Below are positions 59,419 to 64,000 of a stretch of 64,000 bases of DNA, piece after piece. Every line of letters begins with the position of its first letter. Position 1 is the first letter of the stretch. A program made the position numbers and the translations under genes. Under the pieces are notes generated by a model. It worked only from the letters and a program-made list of their open reading frames with translations. It ran no database searches and had not been told where the DNA came from. Source of the DNA: Massalongia carnosa (Eukaryota); assembly GCA_965645245.1 (NCBI GenBank), contig OZ287072.1:1798001-1862000 (forward strand). Reading direction: 5' to 3'.

Positions 59419-62400
59419 ATGCCTTTGAGAAAGCCGGACAGGAGCTTTGGGCGCAATAATCGTTCTGCTAGAACGTCCCATAAGTTACAGCGCACGAAGA
59501 CTATCGATGCTGCTAGCATTCGCGCAAATGAGACAACAGCCCAAGATGAGAAGATTCAGGCCACACGCCTTGCCAACTCTATCGATGAGTCAATGGGTTT
59601 TACTCGTTTCGACTCAGGCAAAAAGAGAATAGGCTGGCTCTGTAACATGCACAGCACCACGATTGAAGATGAGAAGATTCCTGGAGGCCGCGCTGGCGTG
59701 GACTTTTATTTCTTAAAAGACGATGGAAGTAATTTCAAGGCCACTATAGAGTACGATCCATACTTTCTGATCGCTGTCAAAAATGGGAAGGAGGCGGAAG
59801 TTGAGGACTGGTGTCGAAGAAAGTTTGAAGGGTTGGTAAAGGGTATAAAGCGAGTAGAGAAGGAGGATTTGCAGATGCCGAATCATCTTTTGGGTTATCG
59901 CAGGACATTCTTACGCCTAGCCTTCGAGAATGTTGGAGACTTATTGGGGGTAAGAAAAACCATTCTGCCAATTGCGGAAACCAATAAGAAGGGTATGAAC
60001 GCCATGGATACATATGCTGAGGTTGCCAGGTAAAATGATTCGTCGCTCTTTGAAGATATTCCTTAATTTTGTACTAACCCCTGAAGCGCGAATGCCGGCT
60101 TCGATTTTTACAACGAAGAACAAGATCATGATGATCGTAGATATGGTCATGCAGACGCTAGTGACTACATCGTTGACATACGAGAATACGATGTACCCTA
60201 TCATGTAAGGGTTGCAATCGACCAGAGTCTGTCCTGATTTCAACGATATCCAATCAGATCATCTCGTTAACATCAGCAGATATACGAATTGGCAAATGGT
60301 ATACGGTTGAGGCCAAACATGGCATCATAACCCTTACATGCCTCGAGGAACGAATACAGAGAGCCGATCCCGTTATTCTTGCTTACGATATCGAAACCAC
60401 CAAGCTGCCCTTAAAGTTCCCGGATGCAGTTATAGATCAGGTCATGATGATATCCTACATGATTGACGGCCAGGGTTTCTTAATCACAAATCGAGAAATT
60501 GTCTCGGAAGACATTTCTGACTTCGAGTATACCCCGAGGCCAGAGTACGAGGGTCAATTTCTTATTTTCAATGAACCAGACGAGAAGGCAGTAATCGAGA
60601 GATTTTTCCTACACATAAAGGAGGCTAGACCAACGGTCATTGCGACCTATAATGGTGACTTTTTTGACTGGCCATTTGTCGAGGCAAGAGCTAGCGTCCT
60701 AGGCATAGACATGTATCGGGAAATAGGCTTTAGAAAGAACAGCGAAGATATCTACCAGAGCGATTATGGGGTTCATATGGATTGCTTTAGTTGGGTTAGC
60801 AGAGACAGCTACTTACCTCAAGGCAGCAGAGGCTTGAAGGCGGTCACAGTCGCCAAGCTAGGCTATGATCCCGACGAGCTAGACCCGGAGCTTATGACTC
60901 GGTATGCTAGCGAACGGCCTCAAACGTTGGCAGAGTACTCAGTCTCGGACGCGGTTGCTACCTATTATCTATATATGAAATACGTCCACCCTTTCATCTT
61001 CTCGCTTTGTACCATTATTCCATTAAATCCTGATGATGTTTTACGCAAGGGTACTGGAACACTATGCGAGATGTTGCTCATGGTACAGGCCTATGAAAAA
61101 GGCATCGTTCTTCCCAATAAGCATAAAGAGCCCAAGGAGACGTTCTGGAACGGGCATCTCCTCGAGTCCGAGACGTATGTTGGAGGACATGTTGAAAGTA
61201 TTGAAGCTGGGGTCTTTCGGAGTGACATCCCAGTCAATTTTGCTTTGGATGCTACAGCCATTGATGAGCTTCTCCGGGATCTAGATGCCGCACTACGCTT
61301 CAGCATCATTGTCGAAGAAAAGCAGTCCCTGGAGAATATCGTCAATTACGACGAGGTAAAGGCGGAGATTGTCCACAAGCTTGAAACTCTCAAGGCATGT
61401 CCGAATAGGAACGAGCGACCATCAATTTATCATTTAGACGTTGCATCAATGTACCCTAACATTATGACCACTAACCGTCTGCAACCAGATTCCATGATAC
61501 AAGAGTCTGACTGCGCTGCCTGTGACTTTAACCGTCCAGGTAAGACCTGTGATCGAAGACTGCCATGGTCTTGGAGGGGAGAATTTTTGCCTGCACAAAA
61601 AAATGAATATAATATGGTGAGGCATGCTCTCGAGAACGAACGCTTTCCCGGCCGTTTCCCGAAAAGTCCGGCCCGAACTTTTCAGGATTTGAACGTGGAG
61701 GAACAGGCAACCATGGTTAAAAAAAGGCTTCAGGATTATAGTAAAAAGATATATCATAAGATCCATGAAACCAAGACGATTGAGCGTGAGGCGATCATTT
61801 GTCAACGTGAGAATCCCTTTTATGTTGACACGGTAAAGAACTTTCGAGATCGTCGATACGACTTCAAAGGCAAGCAAAAGGTGTGGAAGCAGAAGACTGA
61901 ATCTTTGAAGTCTTCGGGAGCAACTCTTACAGAAATCGAAGAAGCTAAGAAGATGATAGTCCTGTTCGACTCTCTTCAGCTTGCTCATAAGGTTATTTTG
62001 AATAGCTTTTACGGATACGTTATGCGGAAAGGATCTCGATGGTACTCGATGGAAATGGCTGGGGTTACTTGTCTCACGGGAGCCCATATCATTCAAATGG
62101 CCAGGGAACTTGTTGAGCGCATTGGCAGGCCTCTGGAGCTTGATACTGATGGGATTTGGTGCATGTTACCTGCTACATTTCCGGAAAACGTAGCATTCAC
62201 GTTGAAAAGTGGAAAGAAAGTGCCAATATCCTATCCTTGTATCATGCTCAACCATCTTGTACATGATAAGTTTACAAATCATCAATATCAAGAACTCATT
62301 GACCATCAAACCTTCCGCTACGAAACTCACAGCGATAACTCGATATTTTTTGAAGTCGACGGCCCATATAGGGCAATGATTCTTCCAACTTCCAAAGAAG

Positions 62401-64000
62401 AAAACAAAAACTTGAAGAAGCGCTACGCTGTGTTCAACCATGATGGGACTATTGCTGAGCTAAAGGGCTTTGAAGTCAAGCGCCGAGGAGAACTAAAGCT
62501 GATCAAAATTTTCCAAACCCAGATCTTTAAATTCTTTCTTGAGGGAACTACATTGATTGAGACTTACGCAGCAGTCGCCACGGTTGCGAACAAATGGCTG
62601 GATGTGCTGTATCAAAGAGGTTCAACACTTGCTGATGAGGAACTCATCGATCTCATCTGTGAGAATAGAAGCATGTCAAAGGCCCTTGAAGAGTACGGAT
62701 CACAGAAATCGACCTCTATCACAACAGCGAAACGACTGGCTGAGTTCTTGGGTGCTCAGATGGTCAAGGACAAAGGCCTGAACTGCAAATACATCATTGC
62801 ATCAAGACCCAAAAATGCGCCTGTTACAGAACGTGCCATTCCAGTAGCGATCTTTTCAGCAGACGAGCAGGTTAAACGCTATTTCTTACGTAAATGGATG
62901 CGTGAAGATCCAAGTGACGTGAACCCTCGAGCGCTCGTTGATTGGAATTATTACTTGGAACGTCTAAGCTCGGTCATCCAGAAGCTCATCACGATTCCTG
63001 CCGCGTTGCAGAAAGTGAGAAACCCTGTCCCGAGAGTTGTACACCCTGACTGGCTTCAGCGTAGGATCAATATTAAAGATGACAGACTCAAGCAGAAAAA
63101 AATGACTGATCTATTCGACAAGACACCATTATCCGAGATCGTTACCAATACTCTGGAACCTCGACTTCCCCTTGAATTAGAAGACTTTAGCTCCACTGAG
63201 CTATCAAAGCCTAAGTTAGGGCAGGTTTCGCGGTTGATTCAGAAGCGGAAGGCTTCGGACTTTTCAGCTTCCTCGAACTTAGACCCCTATGCTACTCTGC
63301 CAGCGGTAATGCCTTCCATGATGGACGATTACGAAGGATTTCTGCGCTATCAGAAAAAGAAATGGAAAATTCAAAAGCAAGCCCGTATACGCAGACGACA
63401 GCTTTTTGGTGAACGGAGCAATGTTACTTCGGATTCGCTCGGAAGCCTATTTCGCAACAGACTTGAGCTGCTTTTCATCAGTACGTGGCAGGTGCTGCAG
63501 CTTCGTGAGTCTGGAGTGCCAGGGGAGGTTAAAGCGTTTGTTTTGATCGACAAAAAGGTGCATACCCTAACCGTTAAAGTACCGCGGCAATTTTTCTTAA
63601 ACTTGAAGGGGAAAGATCTACCGGCGGTTGAAATCGAGGGCTGCGCGGTAGAAAAGGTTAGCCATATACTTCCAAATGGGCATCAGTCATTGCACCTATT
63701 CAAACTTGTAATGTCCGAAGAAGTCTACATTAGAGAAGCGCAGGAATTTGCGGCTTTGTTCGGGCATCCAAGTGTTGAAGGTGTTTACGAGAAACACGTG
63801 CCTCTACACGCTCGGGCCGTACTGGAGTTGGGGAGTCTTTGTACCTTTGATGAGACTCAGAAAGGGGTGTTGGGGAGGGGATTGGAGCATGGCTTCGATC
63901 TCGCAGCATTACGGAGGACTCCATCAAAACAACCATATTTGTCAGAGACCAAGATGGCTTTTCTCTTCCTCTATCACTTGATTGCCGGGAATCGGCAGAT
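59419..64000 (+). CDS. POL2: DNA polymerase epsilon catalytic subunit, 5' part (continues beyond window); introns 60030-60086 and 60227-60279
   Basis: [65 protein letters not shown]. Confidence 0.98.

Overview
Eukaryotic (filamentous ascomycete, Pezizomycotina-like) DNA in two sharply separated compartments. Bases 1 to ~45,930 are a dense, nested block of mostly decayed transposons: three LINE families (Tad-like, one with RNase H, present as four long copies plus a 3' stub), two chromodomain-bearing Ty3/Gypsy elements, several Tc1/IS630-type DNA transposons and at least seven solo LTRs, most with readable target-site duplications. Many lesions are RIP-like C>T/G>A changes. Bases ~46,100-64,000 are compact single-copy genes: a spliced secreted protein with a hydrophobin-like 8-Cys pattern, MTF1-like mitochondrial transcription factor, APC1/bimE, AMSH-like deubiquitinase, COX20 and the 5' part of POL2. 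Most notable: (i) a ~2.6-kb (after removing nests) TA-flanked DD34E element with ~150-bp TIRs carrying an intron-containing transposase plus a second, convergent accessory ORF; (ii) conserved asymmetric Tc1 termini; (iii) an atypical hydrophobin-like gene at the TE boundary that only appears after splicing; (iv) -1 frameshift, self-priming and stop-start signals in the retroelements. All calls were made by eye, with no database searches.
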